From Acidobacteriota bacterium (lineage in GTDB: Bacteria; Acidobacteriota; UBA890; WLXD01), in contig CAXWPH010000002.1 in the NCBI GenBank assembly GCA_963666055.2, forward strand, positions 115,427 to 179,426: 64,000 bases of DNA, written 5' to 3'. The notes below the pieces were generated by a model, which saw only the letters and a program-made list of their open reading frames with translations, searched no databases and was not told the DNA's origin. The position numbers and the translations under genes are program-made. This document shows, piece after piece, positions 41,801 through 50,981 of the stretch. The first letter of the stretch is position 1; every line of letters begins with the position of its first letter.

Positions 41801-42622
41801 TCACTTTTCGGCACCTTCGGGGTTAGCTCTCTTGGCGCGGTCGATCCAGGCGTCGGCGTCCGGATGGCCCCGTTGCTGCCATTCCCGGGCTCGATCCATA
41901 GTCCGCCGATAGGCGTCGCGGCTTGCCGCGGCGTCGTCGACTTCGGCGTAGGCCTCGGCTAGCGCGAGGAGGTTGGGGGGGTACTCGGGGTAGAGCTCGA
42001 CTGCGCGTCGCGCCTGCTCCAGGCCCTCGTCCGCGTCTCCGGGACCGGTGGGCCAGCCGGGCGCTTGCACCAGCATTTGCGACAACACGCGCCGAGGTCC
42101 CGCGTAGTCGAGACGTTCGTGCCCGGCGATGGCAGCACGGAGCTCGCGTTCCATCGTGCGTAGCCCGTCCGAAGCCGTGGCGCGACGCTGGTTGGCTTGT
42201 ACGCCGACGGCGATCGCCAGCCAGTAGTGGCAGTCCGGGTTCGTTGGCTCGCGCCTTCGGCACCACTGGGCCGTTTGCACTGCCTCGGTGGCCTTGTCCT
42301 TACGAGCCTGCGGATCGTCCAAATGCTCCCCGAGCCAGGTCTGTGCCCTCACGGCACCGATGATTGCCAGTGCGCTCGACGGACGGGCGATGGCGGATCG
42401 GATCCAGAGGGCCTCGGCCTGACGCACCGCGTCGACCTTGGGGCGTAGCCCGAACGCTTCCTCGGCGGCGGTAGCCAGACGGGCAGCCTCCTCCTCGTCG
42501 ATGCGTTCCGGATCGACGCGGCCGAGCGCCGAGCTCGTGTCGAGCGGCTGGAGCGCAGCGACACACGCGGACGAAGCGAGAGCTGCGGCTGCCAGTAAGG
42601 CGGCGGATCGACGAAGGCTCAT
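41801..42622 (-). CDS. hypothetical periplasmic helical-repeat (TPR-like) protein, possible lipoprotein
   Basis: Signal peptide MSLRRSAALLAAAALASSAC. All-helical repeats. 4-nt overlap with the upstream gene. Confidence 0.5.
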   Translation of the reverse strand: MSLRRSAALLAAAALASSACVAALQPLDTSSALGRVDPERIDEEEAARLATAAEEAFGLRPKVDAVRQAEALWIRSAIARPSSALAIIGAVRAQTWLGEHLDDPQARKDKATEAVQTAQWCRRREPTNPDCHYWLAIAVGVQANQRRATASDGLRTMERELRAAIAGHERLDYAGPRRVLSQMLVQAPGWPTGPGDADEGLEQARRAVELYPEYPPNLLALAEAYAEVDDAAASRDAYRRTMDRAREWQQRGHPDADAWIDRAKRANPEGAEK

Positions 42623-43512
42623 CGAGCCGCCGAGTACGCCGCCCGGGCAAGGTCCAGCGCCTCGGCGTCCAGGGCTTCGAAGCGCTCTAGTCGCATGGTT
42701 TCGAGCACGTCAGCGAAGCTCGCCGACTGGTGGATGCCGAGCAGCCCGTGGACTAACTGCCGACGCACCGGCTCGTCGACGCGGTCGCCCACGACGACGA
42801 CGAGCCAGGCCAAGAGAGGCGGTGACGTCGCCACCACCTCGAGCGACTCCGCGCCCGGAAACGAAGCCAACGCGGCAGTCTGGTTGCCATCGAGAAGTAC
42901 GGCAACTTCCTCGCCGGCGGCCACACGCCGTATGCCGGCAAGGACCCGCCGTGTGAACTTGACGGAAAGCGAATCCGGCAGCTCCCCCCAATGCGCCAGT
43001 GCCGGCCCGCGTACGAAACCGGGTGCGTATGCCGGAATGCCTAGTAGCTCCCAGCCGGAGAGCGAGGCGGGCCCGGTGACCGCTCCGGCGAAAGCCACCA
43101 GGCTCCAGCGCTCGGTGGCGCTCCCGGACGCCTGTACCGCCTGCACCACCGCCGTGAGCACCAGCTCCTGCTCGTACTTCAGATATAGCGGTAGTGGCAC
43201 CAACGCCAGCGACGTGGCGTGGTCGCGTAGACGGCCTACCCCGGCTTCCTCGCTCGGATGGTATTCGGCCGTCAAGGTCCCGGTCGGCCACCCTGAGGCG
43301 TCCGAGACCATCGCTGCGAAGTCGTTCATCGTCGGCTGCGCCTGCTCGGTGTTGCTCGGATACCCTGGCGCGCAGGCCACCAGCCGCAGAGTCTCCAGGT
43401 CGGCGGATACGCCAGCCTGACTCCCACCGCCTGCCGTCGTCGCAGCTGCCGTCGTCGCACAAAGCGCCACCGCGAAGAGAAGCTTGTTCATCGTCGGCGC
43501 AGAATCGTTCAT
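42619..43512 (-). CDS. putative periplasmic substrate-binding-like protein (PhnD-like fold suspected)
   Basis: Signal peptide MNKLLFAVALCATTAAA. LRLVACAPG...ALVPLPLYLKY pattern. Weak assignment. Confidence 0.4.
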   Translation of the reverse strand: MNDSAPTMNKLLFAVALCATTAAATTAGGGSQAGVSADLETLRLVACAPGYPSNTEQAQPTMNDFAAMVSDASGWPTGTLTAEYHPSEEAGVGRLRDHATSLALVPLPLYLKYEQELVLTAVVQAVQASGSATERWSLVAFAGAVTGPASLSGWELLGIPAYAPGFVRGPALAHWGELPDSLSVKFTRRVLAGIRRVAAGEEVAVLLDGNQTAALASFPGAESLEVVATSPPLLAWLVVVVGDRVDEPVRRQLVHGLLGIHQSASFADVLETMRLERFEALDAEALDLARAAYSAAR

Positions 43513-43558
43513 CGTGGGGAGGGTTGTCAGTATTCTTCGAAAGAATACCTGCCACCTG

Positions 43559-46252
43559 TCAACGGCGCGCGATCCCGCTCACGATCAACAGGTTCGGCAG
43601 CACGATCAAGGCGGCGACAGTGCAAGCGCCCACCCCTAGCAGCAGTACGACCCCAAGGCTCGCCATGCCGCGGTGTGTAGCAAACACGAGGCTTCCGAAT
43701 CCCACCATGGTCGTAAGCGAAGCGATGAGGATCGCCCGCCCGGTATGCGAAACGACCGTCATGATGCCGGCGCCGCCCTCTAGTCGCAGTCGGTGGACGA
43801 TGTGTACTCCGGCATCGATGCCGACTCCCAGGACGATCGGCACCGCCACCAGGTTGGCGAAATTAAACGACAGACCGAGCGCCCACATGAGTCCGAGCAT
43901 CCATACCGTCCCGAAGAAAACCGGGACGAGGGCGAGAGCCGTGTGCCGCGCGTTGCGCAGATCCAGCAGCAGCACCAGGAACACGACCAACGCGGCGCTC
44001 GCGAATGCTAGCCCGAACCCCGAGGTGATCAAGGCAGAGTGGGTTTCGAAGAGCACCGGAAAGCCGATGGCGTCGTTGGCGACGCGGCGCGACGCGAAGT
44101 TGAACTGTCGCAGGAAGCGGGTGTCATAAATATCGCCTGCCGGGAACAGATAGCCAACGTATCGGTCGTCCTCGGTGATGAATCGATCGACGATGTCTGA
44201 AGGCAAGGATGCTCGGGTCGGGAGCGGCACGCCGGCGGCGTCGCGCAGCTGCTGTAGGACGCTGAACGCCTCGAGGCGCAGGGCCTCCTGTGCCTCGGCC
44301 CACTCGGCGATCCGCTCGCGGCTCGCCGCGATCGTTAGCTCGATGGCTCTTGCGGTCACCTGACGGGCCTCTTCCAAGGCTCCGGACACCCCTCCCAGCC
44401 CGGCAACGAAAGCGTCGTCGGCGGCGATGGCCAAGGCAGACTCTAGTCGCGACAGCGAGTCACTCAGGCGGCGGCCGTCGAACGCCGCCTCGCCCACCTC
44501 GATGACTTCCAGAGTCCGGCGGAGGCGCGCCGCGGCGGCCTCCGACGCCAACGGTTGATCGGGCAGGAATGCGAGTACCGATTCGAACCGGCGGATGCTG
44601 GCCTCGCTCTCGGCGCGCCGACGTAGCGCGCGGAGCTGTTCCAGATCGTCGGCAACGACGAGGTTGAAGTCGTGGCTGAGCGCCGACTCGTCGTTGATGA
44701 TCTGCAGATAGCGGATTGACTCGGAGCCTGCCGGGAGAAGCTCTAACAGGCTCGATTCCAGCTTCACGCGGCTCGCTGCGAGCCCGGCGATCGCGGTCAG
44801 GCCGATCGCCAGCGCGACGACTAGGCTCGGTGACGCGCAAACCCAACGGGCTGCCCGATCGTCCCAGATCTGGTCGACGGCGGCAGGTGCGGCGGCGTTG
44901 TCGTCTTCGCGGCTGCCGCGCAACAACAGCAGCGCCGGTAGCACCAGCAGGGCGGCAAGCAGGCAGAGCAGCACGCCGACGCTGGTGACCAGGCCCAGCT
45001 GGGAAAAACCACGGAAGTCCATGAGCAGCAGACAGGCAAAGACCGCCGAGGTGGTGAACGCCGACGCGACGACTGCGGCACTTGTCTTTCGAAGCGCGGC
45101 GCGCACCGCCTCCCGTCGCCCTTTGTGCTGCCGTTCGAGCTCGTACTGCGATAGGGGGTGCACTGCGTAGTCGATACCCATGCCGACGAGAATGGGGATC
45201 AGGGCCGCGGTGATGATGTTGAGCGACCCAATCTCGAGCTGCACCGCGCCGATCGACCAAATCACTCCGGCCGCCCGGGTCGCCAAACCGAGCAGAGCGT
45301 GGCGCCGCCGGCGGAACACCAGCAACGAGATTCCGAGTACGCCGACGATAGCGATCAACGAAGTGCGGCGGGTGTCTCGTCCTATGGCGTTCATTTCTTC
45401 CACGGCCATGGCGACAGGACCGGTGAGTCCGTAGCGAACGCCTGGATGCTCCGACAATACGGAGGTGACGGCCACGCGGACGCTATCCACCAGCGTTCGC
45501 TGCGCTTCCAGGCTGCTATCCAGGTTCGCGGGGCTGACCAGTACGAACAAAACGCGCTCATCACTGGTCGACAGGTAGCCATCAGCGGTCAGCGATCCGC
45601 GCCGCCCGCTGTCGATCAGCCTCAGCGGCGCCTGCTTCAGCCGATCGACGAACCCATGAGGGTCGCTGAGGAAGTCGCGCTCGGCGTCGACGAGCGCGAG
45701 GAGCCGGGTGGCTGCTACGGCAGCATCGTCCGACCGCAAGACGCTGCCGGATTCGAGTGAATCCTCGACGCCAGTGGCAATGCGTACGTTCAGGTTGGCC
45801 CAGCTAGTCAGGGTCAGCGTGCCATCGACAGCAAGCAGCCCCTGCAACATCTCGAACGCCTGCTCGACCATGTCCGCCGGCGCCAAGGCAAGCGCATGAT
45901 CGGCAAGCCATTCCAAGTCGATGCGGTAGAACACGCTACGTACCTGCGAGTCTGCCTGTAGGCGCTCGGCGATCTCTCGCGCCGTGGTCTCCAGCTCTTC
46001 AACCGATGCGCCGCTCGCGCTTGCCTCGAGCGCGACAATGAGCGGCTCAGCGCTGGCGAACTGGGAGCGCAGCGAGTTCCATCGCGCCTGGTCCACGTCG
46101 TCTTGTGGCACCAGCTCCTGTCGCGAGGTCAGGAACTCGATTCCCGTTCCCAGCCAAATGGAGATAGCGCACAGTGCCACAGCGATGGTCAGCACGGCGC
46201 GTGGATGGTCCAGAACCAACGATTCGGCGCGCTTGAGCACAGGGCGTATCAT
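43559..46252 (-). CDS. RND-superfamily MMPL/HpnN-like transporter
   Basis: 897 aa from ATG 46252 (MIRPVLKRAESLVLDHP). Two 6-TM bundles with GMGIDYAVH and GVGIDAGVHIVHR motifs and two large periplasmic loops. The 1063-aa ORF extension is junk. Confidence 0.85.
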   Translation of the reverse strand: MIRPVLKRAESLVLDHPRAVLTIAVALCAISIWLGTGIEFLTSRQELVPQDDVDQARWNSLRSQFASAEPLIVALEASASGASVEELETTAREIAERLQADSQVRSVFYRIDLEWLADHALALAPADMVEQAFEMLQGLLAVDGTLTLTSWANLNVRIATGVEDSLESGSVLRSDDAAVAATRLLALVDAERDFLSDPHGFVDRLKQAPLRLIDSGRRGSLTADGYLSTSDERVLFVLVSPANLDSSLEAQRTLVDSVRVAVTSVLSEHPGVRYGLTGPVAMAVEEMNAIGRDTRRTSLIAIVGVLGISLLVFRRRRHALLGLATRAAGVIWSIGAVQLEIGSLNIITAALIPILVGMGIDYAVHPLSQYELERQHKGRREAVRAALRKTSAAVVASAFTTSAVFACLLLMDFRGFSQLGLVTSVGVLLCLLAALLVLPALLLLRGSREDDNAAAPAAVDQIWDDRAARWVCASPSLVVALAIGLTAIAGLAASRVKLESSLLELLPAGSESIRYLQIINDESALSHDFNLVVADDLEQLRALRRRAESEASIRRFESVLAFLPDQPLASEAAAARLRRTLEVIEVGEAAFDGRRLSDSLSRLESALAIAADDAFVAGLGGVSGALEEARQVTARAIELTIAASRERIAEWAEAQEALRLEAFSVLQQLRDAAGVPLPTRASLPSDIVDRFITEDDRYVGYLFPAGDIYDTRFLRQFNFASRRVANDAIGFPVLFETHSALITSGFGLAFASAALVVFLVLLLDLRNARHTALALVPVFFGTVWMLGLMWALGLSFNFANLVAVPIVLGVGIDAGVHIVHRLRLEGGAGIMTVVSHTGRAILIASLTTMVGFGSLVFATHRGMASLGVVLLLGVGACTVAALIVLPNLLIVSGIARR

Positions 46253-46384
46253 GCGCGGCAGTCTACCGAATGAGGCTGGCGGCGACTGGCGAGCCAGGAG
46301 CGCACAATGCGCACTATGCCGCGTCCACGAGCACCCTGTAGCATCGCGCTCACCTGACCAGCCCGCCCCCCTTGCGAGAATGCC

Positions 46385-47344
46385 GTGAAGTCGCTGATTC
46401 TCACCCAGTCTGATATTCGCTCCGTGGTGAAGATGAGCGCCGTGGTACCCGCGATCGAGACGGCGTTCGAGGCGCATGGGCGCGGCGACACACAGATGCC
46501 GGTGAAGGTCTACCTCGATCTGCCTGAGCACCATGGCGACTTCCGGGCCATGCCCGCCTACATGGATGGATCGGCGGGGGTGAAGTGGGTCAACTCGCAC
46601 CCGCGGAACCCGGAGGACCACGGGTTGCCGTCGGTTCTCGGCATGTACATTCTCAGCGACCCGTCCACTGCTGTGCCGCTGGCGGTCATGGATGCAACGC
46701 TGCTGACTGCGCTGCGCACCGGCGCGGCGGCGGCTGTCGCTGCCAAGCACCTGGCGCGGCCGGATGCCCGCAGCGTCGGCTTCGTCGGTTGTGGCGTGCA
46801 GGCGCGTACCATGCTCGACGCGCTACGCGTTGTCTTGGACGGCCTGCAGGTCGTGGCTGCCGATCAGAACCCCGACGCGGCGGCTACTTTCGCCACTGAG
46901 ATTGGCGGAATTGTCGGCGACGTGGCGGCTGCAGCAGCCTGCGACATCGTTTGCACCGCAACGCCTTCGCGCACCCCGATCGTGCGTCACGAGTGGGTGA
47001 AGCCGGGTACGCACATCAACGCCATGGGTGCCGATGCGCACGGCAAGCAGGAGCTCGAGTCCAGCCTGATGGCGGCTGCCAAGGTAGTCATTGACGACTG
47101 GCAGCAGGCCTGTGCGAGTGGCGAGGTGAACGTGCCCTTGCAGGAAGGCTCGCTCGCTCGAGACGACATTCACGCCGCCCTGGGGGAGATTGTGGCGAGG
47201 TTGGCGCCGGGTCGTGAGACCGATGCCGAGATTACCGTGTTCGATTCCACCGGGCTCGCCGTACAAGACGTCGCGTTGGCGCGCCTAATATACGAGCAGG
47301 CCCGCGCCGCCGGGGTCGGTCTGGAGGTCGATTTTCTCGCCTAG
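46385..47344 (+). CDS. ornithine cyclodeaminase/mu-crystallin family protein
   Basis: DATLLTALRTGAAAAVAAKHLA and VGFVGCGVQA Rossmann motif. Confidence 0.85.
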   Translation: MKSLILTQSDIRSVVKMSAVVPAIETAFEAHGRGDTQMPVKVYLDLPEHHGDFRAMPAYMDGSAGVKWVNSHPRNPEDHGLPSVLGMYILSDPSTAVPLAVMDATLLTALRTGAAAAVAAKHLARPDARSVGFVGCGVQARTMLDALRVVLDGLQVVAADQNPDAAATFATEIGGIVGDVAAAAACDIVCTATPSRTPIVRHEWVKPGTHINAMGADAHGKQELESSLMAAAKVVIDDWQQACASGEVNVPLQEGSLARDDIHAALGEIVARLAPGRETDAEITVFDSTGLAVQDVALARLIYEQARAAGVGLEVDFLA

Positions 47345-47420
47345 TCGCCTGTGCCAGTGGTGGAGGCCGGCCGTACGGGTGGACCCGGCGCGTACCCAAA
47401 CGAGTGAAGGAGCGATGGCC

Positions 47421-48545
47421 ATGAAGACGCGCGGATTTCAACAGACCAGCTGGTGGTTTACCCTGTTGCTGGTCGTCGCCACGGCATGCGTGCCGACGAC
47501 CGTCGCTGCTCCGGCAGCGATGCAGTACGCGCAGCTGCATCACTCCGAGTACGGAGCCGCGATCGAGGCTGCGCGCGCTGTTGTTCAGGAGCGCCTGCTC
47601 GAGTACCCCGGACTGTCGATCGCCGTTGGAATCGACGACCGGATCGTCTGGGCAGAGGGATTCGGCTGGGCCGATATCGAGCAGTGTGTTCCGGTGCGAC
47701 CCACGTCTCGGTTTCGCGTCGGCAGCGTCGCCAAGCCGATGACCGCGTCGCTTCTCGGCCTGCTCTACGAGGAAGGCAAGATCGACCTCGACGCGCCGGT
47801 GCAGACATACGTGCGGACGTTTCCAGAGAAGAGCCACCCGATCTCTACGCGCCTGCTCGCCGGGCACCTGGCCGGCATTCGCGACTACGAAGGCGACGAG
47901 TTCTTCAGCGCCGTTCGCTACGACACCGTGTCGGAAGGGCTGGAAATCTTCGCTGCCGACCCGTTGCGGTTCGAGCCGAGCAGCGAGTACTTGTACTCGA
48001 GCTACGGATGGAACCTGATCAGCGCCATCATCGAGGGTGCGAGCGGCGAGGAGTTTCTACCGCAAATGCAGAGCCGCGTATTCGAGCCGCTTGGCATGCT
48101 CGACACAACTTCGGATCAGAATGCCTTGATTGTCCGCGAGCGGGTCCGACCTTATGAGCGCGGGGATGACGGACTCCTGTACAACGCCCCTCATGTCGAC
48201 AACAGTTACAAGTGGGCCGGCGGGGGGTTTCTCTCTACTGCACAGGACCTCGTGCGCTTCGGCATGGCGCACATGAAGCCCGGCTTCTTGCAGATGGCGA
48301 CCCTGCAGGAGTGGCAGACGTCACAACGAACGAACGATGGCCTGGAGACCGGCTACGGAATGGGCTGGAGCGTTGGCACGGACGCGTCGGGCCGCCGAAG
48401 CGTCGGTCACGGCGGCGGCTCGGTGGGCGGAACCACCGGGCTCATGCTGCTGCCGGATGACGGCTTGGTGATTGCCGTCACCAGCAACATGAGCGGCGCG
48501 CCGGGTTTTCCCACTCAGGAAATTGTCGATCTGTTCCTGCAGTAG
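47421..48545 (+). CDS. beta-lactamase-related serine hydrolase, secreted
   Basis: FRVGSVAKPMT (SxxK motif), YSSYGWNL (YxN-like) and HGGGSVGG. Start ATG 47421 lies 8 nt after GAAGGAG. Confidence 0.85.
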   Translation: MKTRGFQQTSWWFTLLLVVATACVPTTVAAPAAMQYAQLHHSEYGAAIEAARAVVQERLLEYPGLSIAVGIDDRIVWAEGFGWADIEQCVPVRPTSRFRVGSVAKPMTASLLGLLYEEGKIDLDAPVQTYVRTFPEKSHPISTRLLAGHLAGIRDYEGDEFFSAVRYDTVSEGLEIFAADPLRFEPSSEYLYSSYGWNLISAIIEGASGEEFLPQMQSRVFEPLGMLDTTSDQNALIVRERVRPYERGDDGLLYNAPHVDNSYKWAGGGFLSTAQDLVRFGMAHMKPGFLQMATLQEWQTSQRTNDGLETGYGMGWSVGTDASGRRSVGHGGGSVGGTTGLMLLPDDGLVIAVTSNMSGAPGFPTQEIVDLFLQ

Positions 48546-48564
48546 CCGCCGCGGTCATGGCATG

Positions 48565-49359
48565 TCAGGAAGCCCGGCGGAGTTTGATATCTCCGTTCAT
48601 CGTGGATAACGAGATCGAGCGCCCTCCGGAGCCGATCGTGCCGCTCGCCTTGTTGCGGATCCAGCCTGACTTCTCCAACGGCCAGTCAGACTCGACGCTG
48701 CCGTTCATCGTCGAGGCGCTCACGTCGGCGTTCGCACCGACCGGCAGCACCACCTCGATGGCCACGTTCATCGACTTCAGCTCGAGGTCTCCCGACCAGT
48801 CGGTCGAACCGATGCGTGTCCACACCTCGCCGTTCATCGTCGAGGCGCGCGCCCAGCCCGTCGTCCATACCTCGATGGCACCGTTCATCGTCAGTAGCTC
48901 GACGTCACTGCGCAGGTTGTCGGCGCCGATGCGGCCATTCATCGTCTGGCCGACGAACCGTACTCCGGCCGGGACGCGCACGGTGAAGGTCACCTTGGTC
49001 TTGTTCTTGTTGCTGCTCATGTGCCCCGAGTCGGGCTCGCAGTCGTTGCTCGACCACAGTCGCCCTGGATAGATCGAGCAGATGGTCACGCCATCGTCGT
49101 GCTCGACGACCTCGAAGGTGACCTCGTCTCGGTCAACGGCGGGCCCCTCCTTGACGGCCTTTACCTCGACGCGGTCGCCGTCGCTGTATTCGGCTATCAA
49201 CGGGCCGTTGGCGTTCTTGATCTGCAGCGTCTTGCCTGGGGCGACACTGCCCGACCAGCTGAATTCGTCATTGCTCTGCACGGCGGTCGGGCCCATGCCG
49301 GTCAACAGAATGGCGGCAAAGCCGGTTGCCAAAGCGAGTCGAAGGCGAGTGCTCATCAC
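48565..49359 (-). CDS. DUF4097-type beta-helical repeat protein (putative adhesin), secreted
   Basis: Signal peptide. Six spaced (T/S)MN(G/V)x(I/V) repeats (TMNGRI, TMNGAI, TMNGEV, SMNVAI, TMNGSV, TMNGDI). Confidence 0.7.
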   Translation of the reverse strand: MMSTRLRLALATGFAAILLTGMGPTAVQSNDEFSWSGSVAPGKTLQIKNANGPLIAEYSDGDRVEVKAVKEGPAVDRDEVTFEVVEHDDGVTICSIYPGRLWSSNDCEPDSGHMSSNKNKTKVTFTVRVPAGVRFVGQTMNGRIGADNLRSDVELLTMNGAIEVWTTGWARASTMNGEVWTRIGSTDWSGDLELKSMNVAIEVVLPVGANADVSASTMNGSVESDWPLEKSGWIRNKASGTIGSGGRSISLSTMNGDIKLRRAS

Positions 49360-49538
49360 GGGCGCTGCTCCTTACGAGGGGATTGCCGATCGTAGGGCGT
49401 GGGGTCTCCACGGGTGGTCGGAGACTCTTGCTCTGCCCTTCTCTACGGTTGGACGCCACCCGAAGTTGCGCGGTTGCCACATCAACGCGATAACGAGTGC
49501 GATGCCCGCGACCAAATCTGGGCTCGCGGGTTTGCGTC

Positions 49539-49958
49539 CTATGTCGCGCGAGCGCGGATCTGATCGACGAAGAGATGGGCTTTCGGCGTTGAGAACCTGC
49601 ATTCGACTTTTCCCGACGCGTCGTCGTCGAACGCCGCTGCTTCAAACGCCACGAGTAACCTGGCGTTGCCCTCGAGCTCGCAGCGGAGCTTCTCCAGCGC
49701 TTCGGCCTTCAGTGGGATGTTGACGATCGGCTTGGAGAACGTGAACGCCGCGAAACGCTCTTGCGTGACGACCAGGGAGCCGACGAACCAGCTAGCCCGA
49801 TAGAGGGAGCGCTTGCCGGGTGCACGAAAGTTCCGATAGGTAACCCAGCCGCTGATGCCCTCCTCCATCAACACCAGCCCCTCCTCACGCAGCACCGGCA
49901 GCAGGGCCGCGGGCACGCTGCCGATTCCGAACAGCCGGTGGAGGAAGCTCTTCGCCAC
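49539..49958 (-). CDS. hypothetical protein
   Basis: 139 aa with protein-like composition. No recognised motif. Confidence 0.45.
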   Translation of the reverse strand: MAKSFLHRLFGIGSVPAALLPVLREEGLVLMEEGISGWVTYRNFRAPGKRSLYRASWFVGSLVVTQERFAAFTFSKPIVNIPLKAEALEKLRCELEGNARLLVAFEAAAFDDDASGKVECRFSTPKAHLFVDQIRARAT

Positions 49959-50007
49959 TGCTCTGATCGCCTCGAGCGGTCAGTCTGGCAGGCCGGCCGC
50001 GGTTGAT

Positions 50008-50955
50008 CTATCGAATCTCACTCAAGAAGCCTCTGACAGCTTCGTGAAACGCAACGGGCTGCTCGACGAACGGGAAGTGCCCGGCTTCCGGGATCAGCGT
50101 GAGCCGTGATCCCGGCATGCTGTCGTGCAGTGCCTTTCCACCGAGCTCCACCGCCGGTTCGTCGGCCCCGTACAGGATCAACGTCGGTACCGACACCTCT
50201 GCGAGGCGCTCATGAAGGTCGAAGCTCGTCAGGTCCACCATGATCGCACCGAACTGCTCGCTGCGCTGCGAGTAGTCGTCGGGAACGTACAGATCGAGAT
50301 CGGCGAGTCGTTCCGGATCGTGGAACTGCGGCCTGAACGACAGGCGCAGGAGCTCCTCGATGGCGCTTGGCTCGCGGTTGGCGAAGGCATCGGTGCCCAT
50401 GATCTCTTGACGGCGGACGCCATCCTCCGCGGTGATGCGCTCGGCCAGCAGCGCCTCCTCCTGTTGCCAAAACTCCGAGCTGGCGGGCATGGAGTCGAGC
50501 AGTATCAGCGATCGGAGGTTGCCGCCATGCTCCAGGGCATAGTTGATCGCCAACAGCCCGCCCCACGAATGCGCCATCAGGTGGATCCGACCGAGCTCCA
50601 ACGACACGCGTAGGGACTCGATGTCGTCGACGAAAGCGGCGATCCGCACGGTGCTCGGGTCGACCGTCGGCGCCGAGCGCCCGCTCAGCCGCTGGTCGTA
50701 GAAGACCAGCTCGTAGGAGTCGGCGAGCGGTGCCAGGTGGGGAAGTAGATAGCCGTGCTCGAGAACTGGTCCGCCGTGAACGACGACGATCGGGTCTCCG
50801 GCACCCATCTGCTTCACGTACAGCTCGGTGCCGTTGATCTCCCGTCGACCCTTGTCGATCGGAAGCTCTGACGGTGCCCCCGAGCATGTGGCAGCGCTGA
50901 GGATGCCCAGCAGGACACACGACAGGTTCCTCAGGTCATGCATCATTCCGCGCAT
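50008..50955 (-). CDS. alpha/beta hydrolase (proline iminopeptidase-like), secreted
   Basis: VVVHGGP oxyanion region and the HSWGG nucleophile elbow. Confidence 0.85.
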   Translation of the reverse strand: MRGMMHDLRNLSCVLLGILSAATCSGAPSELPIDKGRREINGTELYVKQMGAGDPIVVVHGGPVLEHGYLLPHLAPLADSYELVFYDQRLSGRSAPTVDPSTVRIAAFVDDIESLRVSLELGRIHLMAHSWGGLLAINYALEHGGNLRSLILLDSMPASSEFWQQEEALLAERITAEDGVRRQEIMGTDAFANREPSAIEELLRLSFRPQFHDPERLADLDLYVPDDYSQRSEQFGAIMVDLTSFDLHERLAEVSVPTLILYGADEPAVELGGKALHDSMPGSRLTLIPEAGHFPFVEQPVAFHEAVRGFLSEIR

Positions 50956-50981
50956 GAAGTAACGGCGACCATCGGCGAACG

